Origin: Vitrella brassicaformis CCMP3155
Taxonomy: Eukaryota; Protista; Chromerida
Direction: 5' to 3'
Assembly: GCA_001179505.1 (NCBI GenBank)
Contig: CDMY01000377.1
Coordinates: 1 to 64,000, forward strand
Length of the DNA: 64,000 nucleotides
The position numbers were made by a program, and so were the translations under genes. The notes beneath the pieces are model-generated. The model saw only the letters and a program-made list of their open reading frames with translations. It searched no databases and was not told the DNA's origin. Numbering within the stretch: the first letter of the stretch is position 1; every line of letters begins with the position of its first letter. This document shows, one piece after another, positions 36,303 through 49,669 of this stretch.

Positions 36303-39300
36303 ATGCCGACGGGCGCTTTTCATACCGTGGCAGTGCTGGCTGTGCTGTTCGGCGCGCTGGCACTGACACGGTATCACTTCCAGCACGAGAGTGAAATCTC
36401 TCTCAACACGACCGTAAGGCAGATCCCACGCCAGAATGCATCGACATCATATGCATTCCCTGCTCATACGCTTCCATGAATGCAGATCACCCTTAATGAT
36501 AGAAACATGGCTGGCAATTTCGAAGTCCAGAAGTCAGTGCATGCACAGCCACAGCCGTCCAACACAGACGACGGGGCGCGCAGTGCAGCGGATAAGGCGG
36601 GTTCGGGTGATGGAGAAGGTAGCGGGGCAGTGGGGGAGGTGGCGAGGTTTGCGGATGCGGCCGGCCGTTCGGTGGACCCAGGCATCGAGGATGTGTACGT
36701 GCCTCTGGTGCCCATGACCTCCCCAGCAGACGACAGCCATGCCAGCAGCGATCGTGGGGAGCGGCGTGAGGCGAGCGGGCACTACCTGTTCTCCAAGCAG
36801 TACCAGCAAGGCTGCGAGGGCTGCCCGGGGTGCTTCCCAGCACTCGGAGTGGGCCTGGGTGCGGGTGTGGATGTGGGAGCCGCCAACCCCCCCTACTGTC
36901 CATACCCCTCAGTCAACAGCAAGAAGTCCCTCCCGCTGCTCAACCCACTGGTGGCGCATCGGCTGTGGGCGAGGTCGGGGGCCGAGGGCAACGTGAGCTC
37001 ATCCGACGAAGGCCGCAAGGACTCAGACATGCCGCCCCCCAGCTTCCTGCACATCTGCCGCAACTTCCAGCAGCCCTTCCACTCACACGCACTCGCACGG
37101 TGTGCCCCCCGGAAGCACAAGGCTCGTTCCAAGAGCGGCAAGCCGAAGGTCAGGCGCGAGATGGAGCTGGAGGACCCCGTGGAGATCAGTGGCGATCTGA
37201 TCCAGGCCAAGGCGCGTCATGCAGCAGACATGGCGGGGCGGCTGCAGGCGGGGGACCACGACGAGAGTGCCCTTCTGATGGGTGCTGTCAAGGAGGAGGC
37301 AGTGGAGGGGGCGATGGGTGATGGGGGCAGGGCGGAGCAGCGCACACGGCGCAAGAGCAAGAGGGCAGTGGCCGAGGGGGACGAATGGGCGGTGGAGGGA
37401 GGAGGACCAAACGCCATACAGCAGGTCAGCGATCACCCACAGGCAAACGAAAGGAAACACAGCCAGATGGATGCACGCGTGTGTGTGTGTGTTTGTCGCC
37501 TGTTCAGATTGATCATTCCTTGGGTCTGCACCGCAGCGAGACCACAGACACCTCTGCAGACCCCATAGCCGTGGATGGGCGAGTGGAGGGCCAGGAGCAG
37601 CACACGGCCGCATCTCGCGACACTCTCATCCTCAAGTCGGCTTCCTCTTTCGAAGTCCAGATGTCGGTGCATGCACAGCCACAGCCGTCCAACGCTGACG
37701 ACGGGTCGCGCAGTGCAGCGGATAAGGCGGGTGCGGGTGATGGAGAAGGTAGCGGGGCAGCGGGGGAGGTGGCGAGGTTTGCGGATGCGGCCGGCCGTTC
37801 GGTGGACCCGGGCATCGAGGACGTGTACGTGCCTCTGGTGCCCATGACCTCCCCAGCAGACGACAGCCATGCCAACACCGATCGTGGGGAGCGGCGTGAG
37901 GCGAGCGGTGCCAAGGTACGGATGGATGCGATGTCCGTACTCATTTCTCGATGAATTCGTCTTTCTCTGGTTGTGTACCGTGTGGGTGCATCAGTCTATG
38001 AGCTGGCTCGAGAGGCATTTCGGGACATATTTCGGGCCATCAAGAATCTCACTGAAGCGGTAAGCAGGCAGACGGGACTGGATGGGATGAGCACTCACTC
38101 GTGGCACTTCCTCTGTGTTTGTGTCAGGGCCGTGGAGCGTGCCAAGCGATGGGCCAAGGAGGAGATTGTGGTGTTCACGCCGCCTCCTGCAGCAGCTGCA
38201 GTCACCGACCAGACGGCGGACCATTCGCATCTGGCCGACATCGAGGCGACAGCGGGCAACAACAAGCGAGCACGAGCCGAGGGCGAAGCTGCCGAGCCAG
38301 CCAAGAAGGCGAAAGGAGAGCCCCCAGCGGCGGCAGCGCAGCACCTGCTGGCAGCACTGCTGCAGCATCGGCTGCACAGCCATCTCAGCTGAAGCGTGAC
38401 AACTTCGAGCGGCTGATGTACGGCGACAACAACGGCAACAATGGCGGCGAGTCGATGCTGAAGGGCGTGGACGAGGCAAATGTTGCCGAGAGGGATTTGG
38501 AGAGCCGCGCCGCCATGGCTATCTACAGCGGCCCCTCGTGCTCCAGCTGCACATTCCCCAAGAGGCTGCTGTACCTCCTGTTGGTCATCGGCCTCCTGAT
38601 ATGGGGAATGTGCGGCTACATGGCCATAAGGGCGAGCCGCAGCCATGTGACGGCAGAGCTGTCCGTGCGGCCCACCTTTGCGATGTTCGCCGAACACGCC
38701 AACTACTGCCGAAAAGAAACGTAAGAGAGAAAAGGATGGATGCACAGAACGTGCAACACATACGTACGTGTGCCTTGTGTTACGTACCTTAGGAGGCAGC
38801 AGAGGGAGGCCCTCACACAGCAGCAAGAGAGCCAGCAGCAGCAGCAGCAGGTAGGCGTCATTTTATGCAGGCAGTATGCGTGCATCCATCCACCCGTCAC
38901 CCATTCACCCCGTCTCGTTGTGTGATGCATTTTCGCTTCAGGATAAGATCCATGATCTGGAGCGGGAGTCGCTGTAAGCAGCCAAAAATCCATGACGCAA
39001 ATATGTCACTCATCCATTCATGTCTCTCTGTGTCTACTCAGGTACTGGCAGGAGGAGGCGAACAAGTACAAGGCCCTGTGTGAGAGGCTCCAGAGCGAGA
39101 GAGAGGAGCAGCAAAAGCGCGACGGTGCCGTGCCGACGGCCGGCACGATCGTAGAGGGCACCATGCGGGACCGGTACGCAAAGAGGGAGGACTGGAAGGC
39201 ACACACCCATTTGCGGTGTATCTCCCTCCTTCGCTTCGCGCTCTCAGAGTGAGCGTGCGCGCGTATTATTTGGCCGAGGCCAACCCAAGCAGCACACCCG

Positions 39301-39350
39301 AGAGCAACTGGCAGGCGGTAACCAACCGCCTCACACGGAGACACACCTCA
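36303..39350 (+). CDS. Lineage-specific modular membrane protein (family C): signal anchor, internal ~280-bp duplication, TM segment, coiled coil; possible frameshift near 38338
   Basis: MPTGAFHTVAVLAVLFGALAL; intron 36414-36485. Duplicated FEVQ.SVHAQPQPS...GERREASG at 36520-36780 and 37650-37915. TM LLYLLLVIGLLIWGMCGY, then Q-rich and EANKYKALCERLQSE exons. Confidence 0.55.
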
Positions 39351-39676
39351 CAAGGGCGAGACGGATGGATGGATGTGTGTGTGTGTGTGTATGTGTGTGT
39401 CACCCTCCCACCAGGCGTCGATGGTCGAGTTGGATGCTCGCCATTTCTTTTTCTACCCTTCCATGCCCTGATAATCTGTATACTTGATGTAGTTGTAGTT
39501 GATGACACTTACGTGTAGTGTGTTGTGTGTTTAGTTGCTTTATCGGGGTTTGTGCGGTTGCATTTATGCGTGGGTTTATTTTTTGTGTGACCAATCGGCG
39601 AAGCCGTTGGTCGCTGACTGAGTGGTGTGCGTGCGTGGTGCGGCCCCACCGTGCGGGGCGGCTTACGTGTATGAGA

Positions 39677-42600
39677 TTAAGAGCGAATGACGCAGTCACG
39701 CATCAAGTCCAACAGCTCACGTGGCATGAGTTCCACCGACAGAAAATATAAAGTGTAGGCAGCAATGTACTGGACGCGTCTCACGTATCGGGCGTCACGA
39801 TCCGGCACGGGCAATCGTACTCGATGCGCTCGGCCTGCAGAACAGACAGAGAGGAACAGACGAAGTGACACACGATGCATGAATACAGACATGGATAGGT
39901 TCCTCGAGCCAGCATTCATATGGGCTTGTCTTTGTGTGTACCTCGAGCCAGCAGTCCTGTGGGCCCTTATGTCCGTTTGCCTTGCTGAGGTGGTATGAGC
40001 GCTTGCTAACCCTGCATGAACCAGAACCACAGAGAAGGAGAAAGAGAGTAGATGGAGAGTGAGAGAAGGAACGCGTAGATGTCATCGATCCATCCGCTCG
40101 CGGTGGGTCTGTGTGCAGATCTTTCCACTTGCGAGGAGGGACGGGGGCCTGCGCTCTCCAGCTTGGCCTGCAGACATTAATGGCAGCATTGGCGGACTAT
40201 TGGCGCGGGCTGTTCCCTTCTGTCTGTTGTGTGTATCGTACCACTTGCTCTTTCAGCCTGGCGATCTTCTCGTCCTTGATACATAGCTGCTCCTGTGCCG
40301 CAGCCTGAGCGACCGAAAAGGTGTACATGAGTCGATCGATGGATCGACGTGTGTGCATATGTCTTCTGTAGGTACCAGTTGGCGCAGGGCATTGGCGCTG
40401 GCCTTTAAGAGCTCGATGCTCCTCAGGAGCCCGCCCCCGGCAGCCACGGCATAGGTGAGGTACAATTCGGCCTTCCTGCAGGATAGACCGGTGAGACGGG
40501 AGCCAAGGATGGATGGATGGATGGATCAGTCGTGTAAGCAGTCTGTATAGGTTTACTTGTCCTTGGCCTTCATGTCCTCCAGGTACAGCCTTTCTCGCCA
40601 CCTCTTGGTCTCCTCGGCCTGCTTGGCGGATCCAGCCGACGAATGCCACTGCAAGAATAGCCCAAGATACGTAGCAAACCCCATAGTACACCCGCCCCAC
40701 GAAGAGCCAGTCTCGGTCCATCTGGGAGACCGCCGCTGCCCTATGACGATGCGGGGCGTGGCGACCTTGGCCAACGCGTCTCTGGATATGCACACAAATA
40801 ATTCGAACGTCGTTCACTTCCACACCCACCCAGCCATCCACCGTTGTCCTCTTCGTCCAGTGGGCGGCTGCAGGCATACTCGGCGTCACATCCCGACACG
40901 ACGCCCTGGTGCACTAAATGAAGAGAGGGAGAGCACAAAACAACACACAGAACGACACCACACACACATACACATGTTGACTGTTTCATGATCAGACGTG
41001 TCTCCTCTTACCTAGGTCGTCTTTGTGCGCCAGCCTGTCGAAGAGGTGTTGTAGCTCAAACTTGGCCTGCAACGAAGGAATGAATTATGGCAAGACGGCC
41101 TGTTGGGTTCTTGTTTTGTTGTGTAGTTTACCATTTCCTCCTTTAGCCGGGTCTCCTCTTCCTTCTCACGCAGCAGGTTTTGTGCCGCAGCCTGAGTGAC
41201 AAGAGATACCCACATCAGTCGATCGATTGCCGTGTGTCTGTATATCTGCTATAGGTGCTCACGAGTTGGTCCTCAGCAACTCCTTGGCAAAGAGGGATCC
41301 AATGACCTTCGTGCAAAGTGAATGTATATTCTCTGCCTGCCTGTCTGCCTCTGTTGTATGTTTAGGCTTACTTGTCCTTGGCCTTCATATCGGCCGAGTA
41401 ATTTCGCTCCTGCCACCGTTTGTGGTCCTCCGCCTGCCACGCTGACCAAAGGTAGATGTAGGCCAGCCAGAGGATGAATGCCACCACAAATATGCCGCAT
41501 GAGAGATAACAGACGCCGTAAGATACACGCCACACTCTCTCCCACGTCATGGCCCAGCTGGCCGGCCGCCGCTCGATAATGTGTGCAGATGGCGAAGCAC
41601 CCACCGACAGCAGCCGCCTGTACTCCTGCTGCTCGGCAGCACGCCGGAAGCTCTCTCTCATCGCGCTTGCGGCGTCCGTGTGTTTGTCGCTGTGGTGCCT
41701 GCCTGACACACTTACATCCCCCTCTCGCTCACCTGAAGTATTGTTGGTCAGGCTCCCACCAGGGCTTCACCGCCTGCTTGTCGACTGAGTGGATGGACTC
41801 GCAGGGCATTGCGGCACTGCTCTGCTCTCTCCTGTCTGTCTCTCTCAGAGACATGCACGTACGGCCGAGTTTCCACCAACAGCAAATATAAAATGTAGGC
41901 AGCAATTGTTACGCCCAAACGCGCTGCCCCGTCCATCATGTGGTGGTGCTGTATGGTGTGGGGGCGGCGGGTGCCATGGATGTGGTGGCCCTTCGAGTTA
42001 ACCTGGAGCTCGTGAAGTCCCGCGCGCTCGTGAAGTATCGCCGCCCTGCGAGCGGCCCTGACACAAAGAAAGAGGCACTTCCATCAGTGAATGCCCGTTG
42101 TTACATCCATACCTCGTCAGCGATATTTGTGATAGCCCGAAGAGCTTGTACGCCCAACTGATGAGAGAGTCGCGAGATGCGGCTGGGGGAGCGGGCACCA
42201 TGTGGCTCTGGTTGTCGTCCGTGTGCTGCTTCTGGCCCTCCACTCGCCCATCCACCACCATGTCATTATCATTGTCAGCAGGGGTGGTCTGCATTCATGG
42301 AAACGTATGAGCAGGGAATGCATATGATGTCGATGCATTCTGGCCTGGGATCTTCCTTACGGTCGTGTTGAGGGAGATTTCACTCCCGTGCTTGAGGCGA
42401 TACCGTGTCAGTGCCAGCGCGCCGAACAGCACAGCCAGCACTGCCACGGTATGAAAAGCGCCCGTCGGCATTGAGAGCAACGATTGGAGAGCAATAAGAA
42501 TGGATCCTTTCCCCACTACCTCCCCCACTGCCCCGCTACCTTCTCCATCACCCGCACCCGCCTTATCCGCTGCACTGGGCGCCCCGTCGTCGTCCGCGGT

Positions 42601-43207
42601 GGACGGCTGTGGCTGTGCATGGACCGACCTCTGGACTTCGAGGGAGGAAGCCGACTTGAGGATGAGGGAGTCGCGAGATGCGGCCGTGTGCTGCTTCTGG
42701 CCCTCCAGTTGCCCATCCACCACCATTTCACTCCCAGCAGCGGCTGCACCGGCAGGCGCGGGACGGCCGTAGGCTATGACCTGCTGCTGATTGTGGTCGG
42801 CTAGAGGGTCTGCAGATGTGTCGGCTACTCGTCGTTCATTATCATCATCAGGGCGGTCCTCAGCACGGGTGGTCTGCATTCATGGAAACGTATGAGCAGG
42901 GAATGCATATGATGTCGATGCATTCTGGCGTAGGATCTTCGTCAGACCTCTGCTGATGTGGCTGTGCATGCACCGACATCTGGACTTCGAAAGAGCCAGC
43001 CATGTTTCTATCATTAAGGGTGGTCTGCATTCATGGAAACGTATGAGCAGGGAATGCATATGATGTCGATGCATTCTGGCGTGGGATCTTCCTTACGGTC
43101 GTGTTGAGGGAGATTTCACTCCCGTGCTGGAAGTGATACCGTGTCAGTGCCAGCGCGCCGAACAGCACAGCCAGCACTGCCACGGTATGAAAAGCGCCCG
43201 TCGGCAT
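39677..43207 (-). pseudogene. Inverted, internally duplicated and partly frameshifted paralogue(s) of family C
   Basis: MPTGAFHTVAVLAVLF exon at 43207 and 42471, homologous to 36303. Repeated exon1-intron-exon2 modules. Duplicated TM+DMKAKDK exons at 41368-41700 and 40557-40760, the latter with a frameshifting deletion. Confidence 0.55.
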
Positions 43208-43696
43208 TCGCGCGAGGGTGAATGCTGTCAGCAACGGACGAATCGTTCCACCACGACAAAACGAGGAAGATGAGCCCTCCCACGGCGGGCGGCATGCCGA
43301 TGACGCGAGGGGAAAATGAAGTCGCCTGTGGCTTGAAGAATCCGAACAGGACCGAAATTGAAATTTTGCCGTCTCCCAGTCTCAACAATTGAATTCTCGC
43401 CACAATTCAATTTTTGATGGTTTGCCGCATTGCAGAGGCTTTGAACGGACCATTCGCAGACATAACCAAAAGCAAAACACGCATCTCTTTTGCTGGTGTT
43501 GGTGTGTGCCTTTCATTGTCTTTGGTAACCCGCGACTACATCTTCTGTGTTGTCAAAGTGACGCCATTCATTGTGCGAGTCATGTCCACAACGTCAAATT
43601 GAATCGGCTTCAGACAGTTTGCGACAGACAGCCAAAAAGCGAAGGGACGTCTACGTCTCGGGGTGGTTCGTTACTGCCCGCCACTGCCCGATTGGA

Positions 43697-45383
43697 TCAT
43701 GTCTGGATGGCCCATTGTTCCTCCCCGGGCTCAGGCATCCCCTCGACCTTTTGTGGACTGATGCCGGGGGCGACTTTCTTGAGTGTATCGATGAAGTCCT
43801 CCCCGCCGTGTTGGATGGAAGAAAACACGTGCTGGATGAACCCGGCGTCGCTTCTCGAGGCATCCATCAGCGTCTTGCTCGAGAGGCCGAGACCCAGGAC
43901 GATGCACAGGAGGCGACCACCGCCGATGACCTGAACAGATAATGTTATGATCTCTCTCCATTGCGCATCGTGTCGTTTGCGTGTGTTGTTAGTTGGTGTC
44001 TTCGGCTTACCCCTCTGGCGGTGCCTGCGGCCGCAGCCACTCCCTTGGCTTTAAGGCCAAGATCACCCACCAGCTGCAGTGTATTTGCCATTTGTACGCA
44101 TGTCTCATCATCATGCATGATATCGTCACCTTGCTGATCAGGTCTTTCTTCGCGGCTTCCACGGGGGCCTTCGCCATGGCCTGTCGGCCGACGGCTTGAC
44201 GAAGCCCGCCACCTCCAGCCTTGGCAGCGCTCTGCACGAGGGTAGGCAGGACCTCCTTGGCCTCTGCGGCAGTGATGTCCTTGGCGGTTATGAAGATCTT
44301 CGTCTTTCTGCCTCCCGACATGGGTCGCACCTTGCCAGCCCGCCTTCCTGTGCGAGTGATTGTTCTTCGCGCGGCTGGGGCCACCTCTTCAGTCAGCAGA
44401 ACGGCAAATCTGCCAGCCTGCGCGATCTCCGGGCCGGGCTGCCTGAGCTGGGTCAGATTTAGGAAGGCGCTTGCTCCTCTGATGGGTTCTGGAATGATAC
44501 ACATACATGCCGGGCACAGCGAGGCTTAACTGCAGGCATGTATGGGCCGACCGTAATGGGCAATGCATGTGCCGTCGTCGTTGGCTTCGATGCCGATGAG
44601 GCGGATGTCGGTGCCTGGAGACACCACCTCCTGAATGAGCTTGACTCGCACATCCTCAACCGACGTCCTGCCCTTCAGTTCTTCGCCCAATGCCTGTCCA
44701 TTCACGTGTGAATTGACAGGAGACAGGAGTCGCTGTCGCACAATGAATGCAACGGGTTACATACCTCGCACAAACGTCGCTCGTCTTCAAGTTTGCATGG
44801 CTTTTGAAGATCTACGACACCGAGCACATCTGCCTCTTGCAGGGCCTTCTCGATGGCGTCCCCCTTGTAGCAAGCGCTATCCGTCGAAAGGCCGGGGGCG
44901 TCCGTCACGACCAGCTTTGCTCTGCCTTCAGGCCCCTCAGCAAGGTCCTCTGCACGAACAGCGCGTAGACACCATTGCAGAGTGCTGTACATGATGCGTG
45001 TGGCGTGCGTGCGTGGCGGTGATGTGGCTTAGCCTACCAGAAACAGGGACGCCGAGTGCAGCCAGCTGTTTCTCACTCATGCCACTTATGTTTGGGCAGG
45101 TCTGCTGGTCGTCGACGGGCTCGAAGGCACCGCAGATGTGGTCGGCATGGCCTGCAGACAACCAATGTATACAACGCCATGTGTGCAAGACAGGCGCAGG
45201 GCTGCATCTGCAGACACTGCTCCGTCCATTTGAGGGCTCACCGGTCCTGTTCAGGATGAGAACAACCACCAGGCTGAACAAAGATATCATGTCCGCCCGC
45301 ATGACTTCGTTCTCGGTTGATCGTTGCTCCGCAAACTGAACAGTCTGCTCCACAGACTGGCCCTTGTGGCGAGACGCCCCCAT
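43697..45383 (-). CDS. Multi-exon hypothetical protein with weak GTPase-like segment (LVVTDAPGLS..EADVLGVVDL)
   Basis: The last three exons splice in frame (...KDLISK|LVGDLGLKAKG...TARG|VIGGGRLL...EQWAIQT* at 43697). The 5' exons and the start are uncertain. Confidence 0.4.
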
Positions 45384-45520
45384 GACCCCCCCCAATTTGC
45401 GAGCCACGTGGCAAGAAGAGCCACGCGAGTCCACATCGGCCCATCGACGGACTTATCCTCCCTTCCTTTGCGTCCTGCCTGTGTGCTGTCTGGCAGGTGC
45501 TGACTGAGTGAGTCGTCCGA

Positions 45521-46570
45521 ATGTCTGATTCGGTGCCCGACGACCTGTGGCGCCGGCGCATTCTGCCGTCCCTTCTCGTCCATGAGGCGGTCTGTGTCCG
45601 AGCGAGCTGCCGGGCGAAGGCGACTAGGTGACGGCTGCTCTGCTGGTGGAGCGCATCGACGGCTCCCTGGCCCGCCACTCACTCACCGGCCTCATCGACA
45701 TCGACCGCACCGCCCCTCTCCCATTCACCTATGTGCTGCGGGCGGTGTGCTGGAGCAGGGCAGCGACGAGTGGCCTGGGATGGGGCGGTTCATCCGGCTG
45801 GCCGCCATCTATCGGCTGACCCCTGCCAATGGGCTGCCCCTGGTGCTGTCGGCTCAGTGGCTGACAGTCCACCTGCCCAGCAGGACGGCATTCCATCAGC
45901 TGCCATTGGCCATGGCCATCTATCGGCTGTTCGGCCACCTCCTTACACACAATGGACACAGCCTGGCGCTGCAGCGAACGGCCGGCAACGGATACTATCG
46001 CATCGGCAATCAGTCGTTCCGTGTAGTGGCGTTGGGTGAGCTGTGGGGCGGCCATGGCTATGCCGACGGCTATCAGAGGACCGACCCCGTCATCCGCTGG
46101 GGCGGTAACCTCTACCCCTCATTCTCGACATTCCTGCTGCACAGTCTGCTCTCCCAATGGTGGGATGGAGAGGGGGTGGGTCAGAAGTCCGTGCTCACTG
46201 CACAGATCGGCCAGCCGGGTGCAGTCATCGGCCGTGGTGACCCTCGCTTTGACCGTCTGCTGAGGACCGACGACATCACAGAGGATCAGGGCATCGCTGT
46301 CGACTACCGCTGTGATGGGGCCATCTGAATGTTGATGCGACTAATTACCGTCGTGTGATTGTGAGCGGCGTCCGCCAGGGCGAGACCGTGGCTGCATATC
46401 TGTGGATGGGGTATGGCCGCATCGTGCTGCGGACGACCGAGGCACCTGCTGCCGATCGGTCTCAGCCACTCGCTCAGCGCTTTCCGGAGTCCATGCCCGT
46501 ATGGCGCCGTCTGCTGCGGCACTTCGAGCTCGAGACCGACGTCATCGACAGGGGGAGGGTAATAGGGTGA
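45521..46570 (+). pseudogene. Family A pseudogene, full length, at least 3 frameshifts
   Basis: MSDSVPDDLWRRRILPSL start. Frame breaks near 45628, 45745 and 46320 relative to 53157-54194. Ends ...ETDVIDRGRVIG* at 46570. Confidence 0.85.
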
Positions 46571-47035
46571 GTGGTGCTGGATCGATGGGTGTCGTGATGC
46601 TCTATGAAACGGGCGTCGTGCCTGGTCGAGTGCGACGCAACACCGATCGATCGATCCAACATTCGTACACACGGCACAGACGTATATCCAATGAGAGACA
46701 GACATGCATCGTATCTGTCACTGTCTGTCGATTGGCTCTTCGATCCGTCAATCGACCGACTGACACGACACACCAGTGAGTCTGTGGATTGTGGATGAGT
46801 CTCTGTATTGAGCGAAGGGGCCAATACATGTATTGGGCAAGAGTGGGCAAGAGTGGGCAACTATGGGCAAAACTTTGGCTGACTTCATGCATGATACGAT
46901 TGCTTTTGTCAAGACTCGCTGACTGCGTGGCTTCGTTCACCAAATGAATGAATGGATGGTTGAACGATGCATGTCTCAAAGCGCTGCACAAATTGCCACA
47001 CAGCTCTTATTGGTGCAACACACTTGTCTTCTCAC

Positions 47036-49365
47036 TCACACAAGGTCCTCATGAGCCCTCAGCCACAGCGGACAAAACGGACACACATGCGACCATCCAC
47101 TGCTGCCCTCATCAGTCCTCCCCTCCCCACCTTCTGAACTGTGCGAGTAGGCCAGTGCGTGCAGCGCTATACTCATCGACTCGCGCAAGTGATAGTCGAC
47201 AACGAGGGTGTGTTCCCTCCCACTTTCGTCTGCATCATGCTGCCTCGGCACTATCGACACGACGCCCGTCCCACAATGCACACTGGCGTGCAGGTACGAC
47301 GGACCGTCCCCACACACGCTACCCCCGTCAATCAGCTCGTATGGCGCAACTACCCGTGGCTGGCCATCGACAGCTTCAACACCAGCAGTGACAGTAGCCG
47401 CAGCATCGTTCGCTGTGTCCTGACTGCCTTCCCACTCACGAATGCTCTCTGCGGGGCTGACCAGAGGGAACTCGACGCGCACCGAGGAGCCGTCCCATCC
47501 GTCGACTGAGTAGCCGCAGTGGGGCCTGAAGGTCGGCAGGGCAGAGGGGTGTCGCGGGAGCGACACGTCAGTGCCATAGATGGGGTCGTCCGCAATGGGA
47601 TGGCCGAGCAGCTGCAGATGAACACGGATCTGCACATGCGACAGAAAAGGGCAAAGAGGGAGAGCAATCGCCTCCTTGTCTGGTGCATCTGCTGCTGGGC
47701 ACCACCCCCACGCACCTGGTGTGTCCTTCCCGTCACCTGCACGCAGTGCACGCCGACACGGCAACACACATGGATGGATGGATGGACCCAATACAGCAGG
47801 TGCGCTTCATGTCTTCCTTCTCACCGGTCTGCATCGGACAATGCTGTATCCATTACCGCCAGGCGACTCAGAAGGGACGTACGCAAGACGGCGAAAGCAT
47901 GTCACGGCAGCCTTGCCCTGCAGGCATACACACATCAGTCCAGTCCGTGAGACACTTACTTAGTGCCCCATCAGACAGACCCCATATATACAGCCACTCA
48001 TTCACCTCTGGGTGTATCTCGGCCTCCAGTGGCATGCCCGGCAGCAGCTGCAGCAGACGGATGCGAGCACGGACACGAATCTCGTCCTTCCCGGCGACCC
48101 GAGATATCTCCTGAATGAACCAGAAGAGAAACACAAAGGATGAGTAAGCGCCGATTCACTCTCAGCGTTCACATACCGGCTGTGGATTGTTATCGGATGT
48201 GTCTGGGCAGGGCCGTTTCATTCCCACTGAAGGTTCGTCGCGTGCGTTTGTGGCCGTGTCGTCAGCCTCGTGCTGAAAGCGGTCAGCCAAGGGAAACTCA
48301 CCCACAACCTACACGCCCGAGACAAGCTTCTTTGTCTTGGGGCTTGTTTGGCCGTGCTGATTGATGTTGCCTGCTACGTACCTTGGCTATGTATATCTTC
48401 TGGATGCCTGGGGAGTCGCCCTCCTGCTGCAGCTGGGCAGACAGGTGACGCGCACATGCAACTGGCACACACACCACGCCACCCATAACAGTGGCCGACC
48501 AGCCGACCTTCTCCCACATTGAATGCCAGGTCACCCACCGTTTTTGGCGAGTATGACGATGCCTGATGTGACTCTGTCGAGGCGATTGATGACGTGCAGG
48601 TAGGCCTCCGACACACCATCCCTCCTCGCTGAACACATGCGCACACAGAAACACGGCCACAGGAGCACTGCAGGCTTGTGTGTGTGTGCATGTGGTCCAT
48701 TCTGCCCACCCATCCACCGCTGCAGTATCTTGATGAGCGACATCCGGCTGTACCGGCCTTGTGGGTGGCACCTGCTCAACGACATGAAGAGATGAACACA
48801 GACAACAACCATCCAAGTCGGCCAAAGGCAGTCCGTGTGGTCGTCACTCACGGCATGCCGGGCGGCTTGTAGACCACCAAACGATCCGCATCCTCATGCA
48901 CAACGCCGATGCGCTCGCCACTGCCCACGCCCTACTTGAATATGGAACGACATGACAGAATGAATGGGCATCTTCCGGCCATTGGACTCACCTCGATAAA
49001 GTACATGTGGTGGTCGATGACGTCGCCGTTCTTCAGGACCGTGTCAGGGCTGCACCGACGGCCATTCACCCGCAGTTGACCGTTCCGCATCGCCCGCTTG
49101 TAGTAGGCAGCATCACGCATTCGAAACTCGCGGCACATGACCTCCAACGCACTGCACATACACACCAGCCAGTGCCAGCAAAGATGCATGAGATCAAGGA
49201 TGGGAGGCTCTTGCGTGCTGCCTACTTCTGTTCTCTCCATCTCATCTTGACATTGACATGGAATCTCATAAGATAAGGCGGCACACATGCCACACTCTCG
49301 CTGCCATCACTGACCTGCACCCTCACGAAGCCATCCTCCACCTCAGTGTGGTGTTTTTGCTCCAT
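47036..49365 (-). CDS. RPUSD2-like: RluA-family pseudouridine synthase with S4-like N-domain (RPUSD2/Rib2/Pus9 type)
   Basis: [103 protein letters not shown]. Confidence 0.93.
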
Positions 49366-49669
49366 CTTCCCCTCCACTATGTTGAGAAACCAATCAGGCT
49401 ATAGCCGAGGTTATCCATCTGCGGGCCGACACATCATTTCCTCAACACACTAAGCGGTTTCAACACACTAAGCTCGCTGCGAGCTTTGAAAAGGCGCTTT
49501 CCTTGGCGGCGGAAAGGCCTCTTTTTCGATATCTGTGCGTTTCATCCTGCTTCGGCTGTGCTGCAGGGGGCGAAACTATCGATTTGACAGGGGAAGGGGA
49601 GAGAAGGGCCGACTTAACGGCCGGCTCCAAGAAGAAGAGCTGCCCTGTGCTTGACCCTCCCTGCTGCCG

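Noticed and set aside
36414-36485. Conserved in-frame CCA-TGA-ATG between abutting ORFs in all family C modules, suggesting readthrough or Sec recoding
   Set aside because: The TGA lies inside a canonical 72-nt intron (gtaagg...tgcag) whose removal keeps the frame (NTT|ITLN).
43571-43942. GWFVTARHC resembling a trypsin active-site His motif
   Set aside because: It is antisense to a well-spliced terminal exon, and no Asp or GDSGG motif follows.
48570-48610. NRLD instead of HRLD in the pseudouridine synthase
   Set aside because: NRLD is a normal variant in the Rib2/Pus9/RPUSD2 subgroup, and the catalytic Asp is kept.
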